Shown: piece after piece, positions 54,498 to 62,780 of the stretch
How positions within the stretch are numbered: position 1 is the stretch's first letter
Layout of the letters: each line of letters starts with the position of its first letter
Virus record (IMG/VR): IMGVR_UViG_3300028533_000484
Location: 64,001 to 128,000 of that record
Direction: 5' to 3' (one strand)
DNA: 64,000 bases
From: a virus
Taxonomy: Duplodnaviria > Caudoviricetes
Notes under the pieces: generated by a model
The model's database searches: none
The model's input: only the letters and a program-made list of their open reading frames with translations
What the model was told of the DNA's origin: nothing
Position numbers and translations under genes: made by a program

Positions 54498-55271
54498 TTA
54501 ATCCCGGTCGTAACTCTCGTCGTCATCCCAGTCATCATCCTCGTAATAGTACCTAACACTGTCGAGATATCTTTTTACATCTTTTCCGAAGTATATTCCA
54601 AATAGACCTTTACCATCTTCGGTATAGTCAGCTTGAGTAGAAATAAAATACTCGTTCTTGGAAATTTCAAGAATTGTAGGACTACCATAAGGACCGTCAT
54701 TTTCAAACGATGCTAAACAAGTGTAACCTTCGCTTTCAACGTTTTCAGGCATGACTCCAAAAATGTCTTCTGATGGTTCTTCGTTGAGAATTGCAGCATG
54801 TGCATCCCAGTCAGAATTACCTCTTTCAGCAATAGCAATATAAAGATATTTACCAGCATATTTAGACTCTGCAGGAAGTTTAACAAAAGCATATTCATCT
54901 TCAGACTGAAGTTCATCCATTAGATCAACAAAATGTTCTGTCGGATTTTCAGATTCAGAAATCCTCTTTGCAGATGTCTTTGTAGAGCATCTTAAAACTC
55001 CAAGTCCCAAACCTTTTAAGTATACATTGTACATTCTCTGAAAATTTGCTTCAAAGTTTGGATTTGAGGAAATATCTGCAATTAATTTGTCTGTATACTC
55101 AGTTGCTTCTGTATTTAATCCAGCAGTTTCACAAGCCATAAGAGTATCGATCAAATCAGCGTTTGTCTTACAAGCATTTAACATATCTATATGTGCAACT
55201 AAAGCTTTCTCCAATGTACCGTTCCATTTAGAAATATCTCTACCTGTACCAGTAGTTTTAAATTTTGACAT
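54498..55271 (-). CDS. hypothetical late protein between the two topoisomerase II genes
   Basis: ACTAAA plus AGGAG upstream, own terminator. Confidence 0.75.
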   Translation of the reverse strand: MSKFKTTGTGRDISKWNGTLEKALVAHIDMLNACKTNADLIDTLMACETAGLNTEATEYTDKLIADISSNPNFEANFQRMYNVYLKGLGLGVLRCSTKTSAKRISESENPTEHFVDLMDELQSEDEYAFVKLPAESKYAGKYLYIAIAERGNSDWDAHAAILNEEPSEDIFGVMPENVESEGYTCLASFENDGPYGSPTILEISKNEYFISTQADYTEDGKGLFGIYFGKDVKRYLDSVRYYYEDDDWDDDESYDRD

Positions 55272-55328
55272 GGTTTTAATCTCCTATATTGTAATATTTA
55301 GTTGTTTTTTATTCGAGCTACCGATAAG

Positions 55329-56696
55329 TTAAAGATCCGTAGATTTTTTTGCAACAGTTTTTATAAAGCCTTCTTTTTTAAGTTCTGTTTCAAGTTCGTT
55401 CAAGTCTTTTGTCCAAGCACTTTCTGGAGTTTCCTGTTCCATTGCTTCACGTTCTTTTGTCTTGTCTTTCCACTTCTTTTCAATTTCTTTTGCTTTATCT
55501 ATTGTAATGGAATATAAAGGCATCGAAAGAAGTTTATCTACAATTGTGTAACCTTTTTGTTTAAGATCTGCTTCTGCAACTGCTTTTTTCTTATCTTTTA
55601 AAACTATTGTACCTTTAATAACTTCCTGAATAAATCTGTAGACTTCGTTTAATTCACTCTCTTCTTTTTTCAATCTTGCAATTTCAGATTTAATACGTAA
55701 CTTAAGATATTTAATCTTAATTTTGTAGTAATCATTAAAGACGGATCTTACTTCGTTATATTCACGAACTGTATTATTTTCATCCATACAAGTTACAGTT
55801 TCTGTCATTCTTTGAATCAAGCCAAGATCTTTCCAGATTTGATCTTCTGATTTTACCAATTCTGTATCCGAAAGCCAAATTTCGAATTTAAAAACATCAT
55901 CTTCACTAAAATCGTTGAATTTTAGTACAAGGCCATCCTCTTTAAGACTGCGAAGCTTTTTCAAATAGCCACTTAAATCCCAAGTTATTGGAAGTTCGTC
56001 AATATAAAGTTTCTTACCTTCAAGTCTAGCAATACCCTTAACAATCCAAGAGCCATCAACATTGTCAATTGTGCCTTTAAAACCTTCCCAATGTGGTTTT
56101 AGCCAATCGGATTTAATGTTCTTTCCTGCAATTGCTGCTCTTGTAAGCTTGAAAATATTTTCAAGAGAGCGAGGATAAATATCTGAAGAAAATCCTACAC
56201 CAATTCCTTCTGTACCATTGAGTAATATTAATGGTAAAGTCGGTACATAAAACATTGGTTCAATTTGCTTACCTTCGAACTCTTGATAAATAAGATTTGG
56301 ATCATCTTCTTTTCTAAAAAGTAAATTAAAATAATCTGCCGGTCTTGCAAAAATATAACGAGGTGCAGAAGCTGTTGGTGAGAACCTAGTACCAAAAGAT
56401 CCAACTCCTTCTAAAGGTGGTAAATTGTTTGCACCACAATATTTTGCAGACATTGTTACAATTGTACTTTGAGCACCAGATTCACCATGTAAGTATTCTG
56501 CTTCATCTACAAGTTTGGAACTGTAAGCTGTAACTTTAATTGGGTTTTTAATTCCACATTTTTTCGTAGTATAGACTACCTTTCTTGCAGTCATCTTCAA
56601 CCCGTCAATGTAAGATGCTGTTGCTCTATACAAAATGTATAGAGCAGCGTCATTGTACTGTGTATTTAAAAATTCTGTAATATCCATCTTTTTCAA
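55329..56696 (-). CDS. type IIA DNA topoisomerase breakage-reunion subunit (T4 gp52-like)
   Basis: IDGLK..RK, YLHGE, GSFGTR, SAPRY, LLNGTEGIGVGF. Confidence 0.95.
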   Translation of the reverse strand: MKKMDITEFLNTQYNDAALYILYRATASYIDGLKMTARKVVYTTKKCGIKNPIKVTAYSSKLVDEAEYLHGESGAQSTIVTMSAKYCGANNLPPLEGVGSFGTRFSPTASAPRYIFARPADYFNLLFRKEDDPNLIYQEFEGKQIEPMFYVPTLPLILLNGTEGIGVGFSSDIYPRSLENIFKLTRAAIAGKNIKSDWLKPHWEGFKGTIDNVDGSWIVKGIARLEGKKLYIDELPITWDLSGYLKKLRSLKEDGLVLKFNDFSEDDVFKFEIWLSDTELVKSEDQIWKDLGLIQRMTETVTCMDENNTVREYNEVRSVFNDYYKIKIKYLKLRIKSEIARLKKEESELNEVYRFIQEVIKGTIVLKDKKKAVAEADLKQKGYTIVDKLLSMPLYSITIDKAKEIEKKWKDKTKEREAMEQETPESAWTKDLNELETELKKEGFIKTVAKKSTDL

Positions 56697-56860
56697 CCTT
56701 TAGAAGAATTATAGTTAAATAGCCAAAGCAATAAGCACAAAAGCTGCAAAACCAAACAAAAATAAAAGAAGTTCAGAGCTTAAGTCCTTAATAGTTTTAA
56801 ATATCTTTTTCCATGCTTTCATTTAAGTCCTCCACACTGTTGAAATCGAACGAAGATTGT

Positions 56861-57820
56861 TTAAGATTTTCTATTTAACGAAAACTTTTTTGTTGCTTTC
56901 GATTTGCTTGCAAAGTTGATGTCTAAATCGACTCTAAACTTGTTTATATCTATATCTGAATCTCGAGGAAGCATACTTTCGATTACTCTAAGATTTGCAT
57001 CTGTTAGATCTAACAATTTTTCATAGGATCTACAAGTGTTGGAAAGTTTTAATAGTTCAGTAAGTCTTTGAAATTTTCCAGAACCTCTGAAGAATTCAAT
57101 TTTAGCTTCAGATAAAGTCAATTCACCTTCACCAATATCTTTAAGAATTTCCATCATTACATCGCTAGCAGTCCTAATAACCTTGGTGCTAGGATCTTTG
57201 AACGAGCCTACAATGTTATCTGAAACATCTCCATAAAGAGCTTTCCAAAGAGTTACAGATGCAATGTTTGGTTTAAATCCATGTTTCTTTTCAAAATCTG
57301 TTGCTGTGTAAATGCTTTCTTGTTTTAAAGTAAAACCTTTAGTAAGCATTTCGACTCTTCCTGCCTCGAGATACCTTGACCAGTCTTCATCAGATGACAA
57401 TAATAAACATTTTCCAGTTTCTGTAAGTTTTTCTACAAAATCATCGGCTTCAAACTGTACATCGTGATAAACAGAAATTCTAGGTCTTTTTGTAACAATA
57501 AATTCTGAATAAAGTTTTTCAAGAGTATCTAATCTCAATTGAGCTGTAGGACTATTTTTATCTCTTACAGTTTTATAACCTTCTTTAATTTTAAGTCTTG
57601 CACTCATCTGTCCATTTGATAACATTGGATCAAACAATAAACAGACTTCACCAAGAGTTTGATCTTGAAGTTTGTCCAATACAGATTTGTAGTGATTGAA
57701 AACTGTATTATTTTTACTCAACTGATTTACGGTTTCCTGAGTAAGATCCTTCAGATAAAGACTAGCTACTCTATAGAATATGTTACTTACATCTACAATT
57801 ATTTTGTCATATATTAGCAT
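56861..57820 (-). CDS. 5'-3' exonuclease / T4 RNase H-like flap nuclease
   Basis: IVDVSN, GYK..R, FEADD, SSDEDW, GDVSDNI. Confidence 0.85.
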   Translation of the reverse strand: MLIYDKIIVDVSNIFYRVASLYLKDLTQETVNQLSKNNTVFNHYKSVLDKLQDQTLGEVCLLFDPMLSNGQMSARLKIKEGYKTVRDKNSPTAQLRLDTLEKLYSEFIVTKRPRISVYHDVQFEADDFVEKLTETGKCLLLSSDEDWSRYLEAGRVEMLTKGFTLKQESIYTATDFEKKHGFKPNIASVTLWKALYGDVSDNIVGSFKDPSTKVIRTASDVMMEILKDIGEGELTLSEAKIEFFRGSGKFQRLTELLKLSNTCRSYEKLLDLTDANLRVIESMLPRDSDIDINKFRVDLDINFASKSKATKKFSLNRKS

Positions 57821-57880
57821 TAAGAATCCTCCAATTTAGAGATGAAAAAAAGCATCTCTAAATTGAAATTAGTTCCAAGT

Positions 57881-58549
57881 CTAGAGATCTGTGTTGTTGA
57901 TATCTTTAGCATAATCAGCAACTAGGTTAACTGCACTATCGATAAATTCATTGTAAGTTAAAATATCCTGAACTGTGTCGTCGATATCTTTTCCACTAAT
58001 ACCACGTTTGTAGATGTTAGCAACTTTCATATAACCAGTTTTAGGTGCAAAATTAAGCTCTTCAGCCTTAGCTGAATGTTCTTCTTTGATTTCTTCGTTA
58101 TAAGATTCGATTGTAGCTTTAAAGGCTTTTACAGCTTTTAATTCTTCCTCAATATCGCACATATTCGTATCAAAATGTGTGAATTTATCAGAATCGATTT
58201 GAATATTGATACCAATGCTTTCAAGAGCTTCAAGGTAATCTCCAAGAATTTCTTCTGTTCGGTTAAATGCCTCTGTAGCTCTAATCAAAGTAACAAGTTT
58301 GATAAAGGCTGCTGAAATAATATCTTTATGTTTTTCTTCAGGATTCAATTCTAATGGATTTCCTGAAATCCAGGCTTTACCTTTACTAGCATAAGCTTTT
58401 GCTAAAGTGCTCCAATCGTTTTTATTACCTGAAGTTTCTGTAAGTACTCTTTTATTTACTTCTGCAAGAGCTTTTCCAGCTACTTTCCTTTCTTTAAAAA
58501 TTTTAAGCGTTTCGTTAAGAAGCTCTTTTGCATCTTTTACATCTTCCAT
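57881..58549 (-). CDS. putative dsDNA-binding protein (T4 DsbA/GapR-like)
   Basis: Helical IESYNEEIKE...AEELNF...KVANIYK pattern; adjacent to RNase H gene as in T4. Confidence 0.45.
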   Translation of the reverse strand: MEDVKDAKELLNETLKIFKERKVAGKALAEVNKRVLTETSGNKNDWSTLAKAYASKGKAWISGNPLELNPEEKHKDIISAAFIKLVTLIRATEAFNRTEEILGDYLEALESIGINIQIDSDKFTHFDTNMCDIEEELKAVKAFKATIESYNEEIKEEHSAKAEELNFAPKTGYMKVANIYKRGISGKDIDDTVQDILTYNEFIDSAVNLVADYAKDINNTDL

Positions 58550-58559
58550 GATCTACTCC

Positions 58560-59126
58560 TTATTTATTTTCTCCGTTGAGAGTACCTTTACCTTGATACT
58601 GACCATCGTATGCTTCAGCTTCTTCTTTGGTTTCAAATACAACCATTTGACCGACTCTAGCACCAAAATAGATTTTCATTTTGTGATTGACTGTAAGAAA
58701 TGTTCCCATTTCATCTGTGTAAAAACCTGGATCCCAAATTGGTGAGTTGATTTCATTTCCACAACGTCTTACAGAACTTCTATGAACAATTTTACCTACA
58801 GTTTTTGTATCGAATTTGCAACCTTCTGCAAACCCAATCTCATATTGACCTGGTTCCAAAATCCAACAGTCACCTTCATTATCAGTTGTCAATCTTACAT
58901 CTTCAGTTGCTGGTAATTTTGTTTTCTTTGTTTTTCCTGTTTCATCATCCTTTTGATAATCCGCATAAACAGTACCGAAAGTTTCGGATTTAATTTTTGA
59001 ACAAGATACCATGTGCAAATCAATACCTGCTTGAGCTGGCTCAAGATCTGATATTTTGTACTTTTCTTTTGCTCCATCTGAGAGATATATGATACCTCTA
59101 TCAATAATTTGTTTAGCTGTTAACAT
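58560..59126 (-). CDS. dcd: dCTP deaminase / trimeric dUTPase family
   Basis: PAQAGIDL, RSS.RRCG, WDPGF, RVGQ, YDGQYQ. Confidence 0.8.
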   Translation of the reverse strand: MLTAKQIIDRGIIYLSDGAKEKYKISDLEPAQAGIDLHMVSCSKIKSETFGTVYADYQKDDETGKTKKTKLPATEDVRLTTDNEGDCWILEPGQYEIGFAEGCKFDTKTVGKIVHRSSVRRCGNEINSPIWDPGFYTDEMGTFLTVNHKMKIYFGARVGQMVVFETKEEAEAYDGQYQGKGTLNGENK

Positions 59127-59736
59127 TATATACTCCTTTTTTGTATATTATAGGTTTTTTTGTTAATTCCATATAACAATCGTGACACAAGCATTTGTAG
59201 TTCTGACCTGTATCTATTCGTTTGTTCATTTTCCAAGTTCCAATATATGCATAATAATTTGCTGAATTGCCACATTCCATACAAATTGCATTTTCTTTTT
59301 CAATTTTATCCATAAAAGGAATTATTTCTCGAGCAGCATTGAGTACAACTGCATCTGCTCCTGAAATTAATCCTGAAAAGATTAAAGGAATATCCTTCAA
59401 TGGAGAATTGTGATAGTCGTAGAAGAACTGTCTCTTAAAGTCCAACATGTGATATTCATCAATAAAAATAGCTTCAATTTTGGCTTTCATAAGAGTCTTA
59501 CCTGTAAGCTTGATTATATCGTCCACATGTTCAATTTTAAAGTAATGTACATACTCAGTAATTTTTAATTCTTCAAGTCTCTGAGCAATGTAGTTTCCAT
59601 GACTTCCACCTCTCGTATCGCAAGCAGGTTCTAACAAAACGACATGTCTTTTAGCTATTACATATTTTTCTAATTCGATTACAAAACGTCTTGTTTTACC
59701 TGAAAACATTGGACCTGTAAAAAGTTTTGTTTGCAT
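59113..59736 (-). CDS. tdk: thymidine kinase-like, second paralog
   Basis: GPMFSGKT, IDE, CMEC...CHDC. Confidence 0.82.
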   Translation of the reverse strand: MQTKLFTGPMFSGKTRRFVIELEKYVIAKRHVVLLEPACDTRGGSHGNYIAQRLEELKITEYVHYFKIEHVDDIIKLTGKTLMKAKIEAIFIDEYHMLDFKRQFFYDYHNSPLKDIPLIFSGLISGADAVVLNAAREIIPFMDKIEKENAICMECGNSANYYAYIGTWKMNKRIDTGQNYKCLCHDCYMELTKKPIIYKKGVYNVNS

Positions 59737-59739
59737 TAT

Positions 59740-60813
59740 CTATACCTCCTTCTTTTCATCTGAATCATATCTATAATCCCAAGAATCACCGACATCATTC
59801 CTGCTTTCGCCAATTTTTGTTACATTTGATAAACTTTGATAAAATTTGTTTGCTTTTTCATTAATCTTATAACAATTGAAATAGAATGGGTTTGACAACT
59901 GTTCTAAAAGTCTTTTAGCAACACCTTGACAACGATGTTCAGAATCTACAATAAGATTTGTCATTAGATACTTGTCATCTTTATATCTACATTCAACCAT
60001 ACCTACCATTTTACTATCTACAAAAGCCATTGTTACGTTTCCATCTTCTATAGAACTTGGCATATATTCTGTAGGAAATGGAATTTCTGAAGAACTATAA
60101 GTGTTCATAAAGTTGATAATATTCTCAATATCATTTGCATTACTTCTTCTGAACTGTAACTTTAACTCTCCATAGTAAATTCTAAAACTTGGGTAAGCTT
60201 CTTTGTAAGCTAGAAGATTTTTATCTCCTCCACATTCACCCCAATTTGCAAATTTAGCACCAACATTTTTAAAGTATTCTAAGAATTTTACTGTAGCTAC
60301 ATTTGCTATGTGAGTATAATCTGTTTTTGTACTAGCTGTCGTACAGCCATAAGCCCACTCATCTTTAGCTACATACATTTGATAAGAAAGCAATTTACCT
60401 TCTTGATTAAAGAGACCTAGAACTCCACCTTTGTTAAGTAATTTTTCAAAAGCTACATCTAGACAATGTTTATATCTAGAACTATGCTCTTTGTAGTGGT
60501 TTGGATTCAATTCATCAGCTACAAGCTTGTTTGTATTCCACTCGTTGTATAGATTGTATACCTTATCTATATCTTCCTCTGTTTCGATTTCTTTTACAAA
60601 AAGCTTATTTTCTTCTGCGTATTCGAGATATTGTCTAACACGCTTTTTAAACTTTTTACCATTATCGTAACAATTTTTATCGAAAACCTTTTCCAAGTCG
60701 TAACAAACATCAAAAGTTCTTCTACCTTTTTCAAGATCTGGATTTTCAGAAAGTCCATAAGCTAGTTGTACATCTCGTACATTTGGAAAAGCGTATTGTT
60801 GAATATTAGTCAT
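59740..60813 (-). CDS. two-domain GNAT-fold protein (DUF2156/MprF-C-like plus acetyltransferase)
   Basis: GKKFKKR..., ANWGECGG..NL..YK...P; C-terminal V..EHRCQGVAK...N..A..FY. Confidence 0.6.
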   Translation of the reverse strand: MTNIQQYAFPNVRDVQLAYGLSENPDLEKGRRTFDVCYDLEKVFDKNCYDNGKKFKKRVRQYLEYAEENKLFVKEIETEEDIDKVYNLYNEWNTNKLVADELNPNHYKEHSSRYKHCLDVAFEKLLNKGGVLGLFNQEGKLLSYQMYVAKDEWAYGCTTASTKTDYTHIANVATVKFLEYFKNVGAKFANWGECGGDKNLLAYKEAYPSFRIYYGELKLQFRRSNANDIENIINFMNTYSSSEIPFPTEYMPSSIEDGNVTMAFVDSKMVGMVECRYKDDKYLMTNLIVDSEHRCQGVAKRLLEQLSNPFYFNCYKINEKANKFYQSLSNVTKIGESRNDVGDSWDYRYDSDEKKEV

Positions 60814-61327
60814 CTATATCCTCAATTTTAATTTGTTCAGGTTTATTTGTAAAATGATCAAACATATCATATCGATAGTACTTTTCTGCAAAAGTATTGA
60901 ACTTATCGTAAATCTTATCCATATTTTCCATATAAGCCTCATCTCTACTTTTAGCCAGACTGTTAAAGTGTAACATGTACTTTCCTTTATTTTTTGGTAA
61001 ACAGATAATCGCTTTATCTACAGTATTAAAAAGTTTTTCAGCAAGTTCATCTGAAATGTGAGCTTTATCCGGCTCATAAACTTCTGTATAGATAATGTTT
61101 GAAACCCAAGCTCTATCAATTACAACATCGTAATTAAGACTTCGCCAATAGTTTAAGTCTTTTAGAAGTCTTTCATAACCTTCATCTACAGTTACATTCT
61201 TATCCTGACTTGTATTTGTACAATGAATAAACATGCAAGATCTTTTTGCTTCCATAGATGCATTTACAAGATTTCTTGCAATTGTTGTTTTTCCTGTTCC
61301 ATCAGGTCCTTCTAACAAATAAATCAA
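60806..61327 (-). CDS. nucleotide monophosphate kinase (thymidylate kinase-like)
   Basis: EGPDGTGKTT, IDRAWVS..IY. Confidence 0.8.
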   Translation of the reverse strand: MIYLLEGPDGTGKTTIARNLVNASMEAKRSCMFIHCTNTSQDKNVTVDEGYERLLKDLNYWRSLNYDVVIDRAWVSNIIYTEVYEPDKAHISDELAEKLFNTVDKAIICLPKNKGKYMLHFNSLAKSRDEAYMENMDKIYDKFNTFAEKYYRYDMFDHFTNKPEQIKIEDIDD

Positions 61328-61374
61328 TTTACACCTCTTAATTAAAAAACTAATTAAATTATAGAAACAAAATT

Positions 61375-61893
61375 ATGAAAGTTGCAGAATTGGAAAAGAA
61401 AAAATATAAAAGACTTTTGGAAGAATTAAGAGATTTTTGCAAATATGGATATTGTCTGGAAGAGGAAACTGCCAGAACCTATATGTTGTTTTTAGTGGAT
61501 GCCTTGGTAAAAATAGAAAAATCTAGAGGTAAAAAAGCAGCTGCTAATGTAGAAAATCATTTTAAAGTAAATAACAATAGATTTGCAGGTGAAAGAGACA
61601 GATTAGAAAACAGAGCAGAAGATGATTACTTTGAAGGTAAATCCTTAGGGGAATTTGAAAAAGAATTTGAGAAGATATTTAATCAACTTAAAATTCAGCA
61701 TACTTTGGATGGTAAAAGGAAAATCTCTACAGAATGGATATGTTGGATACAGGATACCTTTAATAATTATGTTGCCAGGTTTGAAAAAAGAAATCCTAAA
61801 ACGAATACGGATTTCAGAAATCAAGTAGGATGGAAGGATAAGAAACAAACTTCTAATTCTGGAAAGTATTTACCTTCTGAGGTTAGGAAATAA
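61375..61893 (+). CDS. module gene A, copy 3
   Basis: ACTAAT upstream; paralogy. Confidence 0.85.
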   Translation: MKVAELEKKKYKRLLEELRDFCKYGYCLEEETARTYMLFLVDALVKIEKSRGKKAAANVENHFKVNNNRFAGERDRLENRAEDDYFEGKSLGEFEKEFEKIFNQLKIQHTLDGKRKISTEWICWIQDTFNNYVARFEKRNPKTNTDFRNQVGWKDKKQTSNSGKYLPSEVRK

Positions 61894-62377
61894 GATCCTC
61901 CACCTTTGTTGTGGTATTGTATTTAAGCATATCTCTTAGACGTTTGCGCATACTTTCAACAAATCTTTTTTCCTTTGGGTCGTCAGATTCCGGTGCAAGC
62001 CAGAAAACTCTATTTATACTTTCAACAGTGGAATCTACATATTCAGGATCTACTTTTGTAAAATCTTCAGGAATGATAATTGGCTGTTTTGTAATCAGAT
62101 TTTCCAAATGAGTAAACATCATCACAAATGTATCACCACCAACAATTTTAGCTTCCTCATTTAACTGTCTAATATAAACGTAATCCTGGAGGTTGGAAAA
62201 GGAAGAACTTATAGAGAAGGCCTTTACAATTTTTCTATTTTTTACAAGTTCAAAGGCCTCAGAAACTTTCAATTCATCACTAAAGTTCACCAAGGAATCT
62301 TTTCTGTGTAAATAGCAAAAAAGACCTGACTCTACATCCACTGTGTAAAGATCATCCAATTCCTTAAAATTAATCAT
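61883..62377 (-). CDS. module gene B, copy 3
   Basis: AGGAGG RBS; GAAA-N18-CTATAAT upstream. Confidence 0.85.
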   Translation of the reverse strand: MINFKELDDLYTVDVESGLFCYLHRKDSLVNFSDELKVSEAFELVKNRKIVKAFSISSSFSNLQDYVYIRQLNEEAKIVGGDTFVMMFTHLENLITKQPIIIPEDFTKVDPEYVDSTVESINRVFWLAPESDDPKEKRFVESMRKRLRDMLKYNTTTKVEDLIS

Positions 62378-62479
62378 ACATTGGCCTCCTTAAAGTAATT
62401 ACTCTTTCAACTACAATAATATTATAGGTTTACGATCTGAAATGTTTTCAAAAACTTTCTACAAGAAACTAAATAGTAT

Positions 62480-62737
62480 GTGCCTATAGAAAGATTACAA
62501 GACTCGCTAAAAGTTAAAAGTTTTAGATATGGAAATATCTACTTTTCAGACCTGTTTAATTCAATGTTTCTTGTTAGCATTGAAATTCCAAATTCAACTG
62601 ATGACTTATCAAGGTCGTTCTTTTATTCTGACACTTCTAAAAAATCCCAAAGAGCAGCAGCAAGATATTTTTATAATAAAGCTAAAGATTTTTTGGCTAA
62701 AGGAGATTATGATTCTCTAGAGGAGTTACTATCGTGA
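62480..62737 (+). CDS. hypothetical protein
   Basis: ACTAAATA just upstream. Confidence 0.5.
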   Translation: MPIERLQDSLKVKSFRYGNIYFSDLFNSMFLVSIEIPNSTDDLSRSFFYSDTSKKSQRAAARYFYNKAKDFLAKGDYDSLEELLS

Positions 62738-62780
62738 TTTCCTCTTAAGTAAATATTTTTAATAAAAAAGGAGAATGCTA

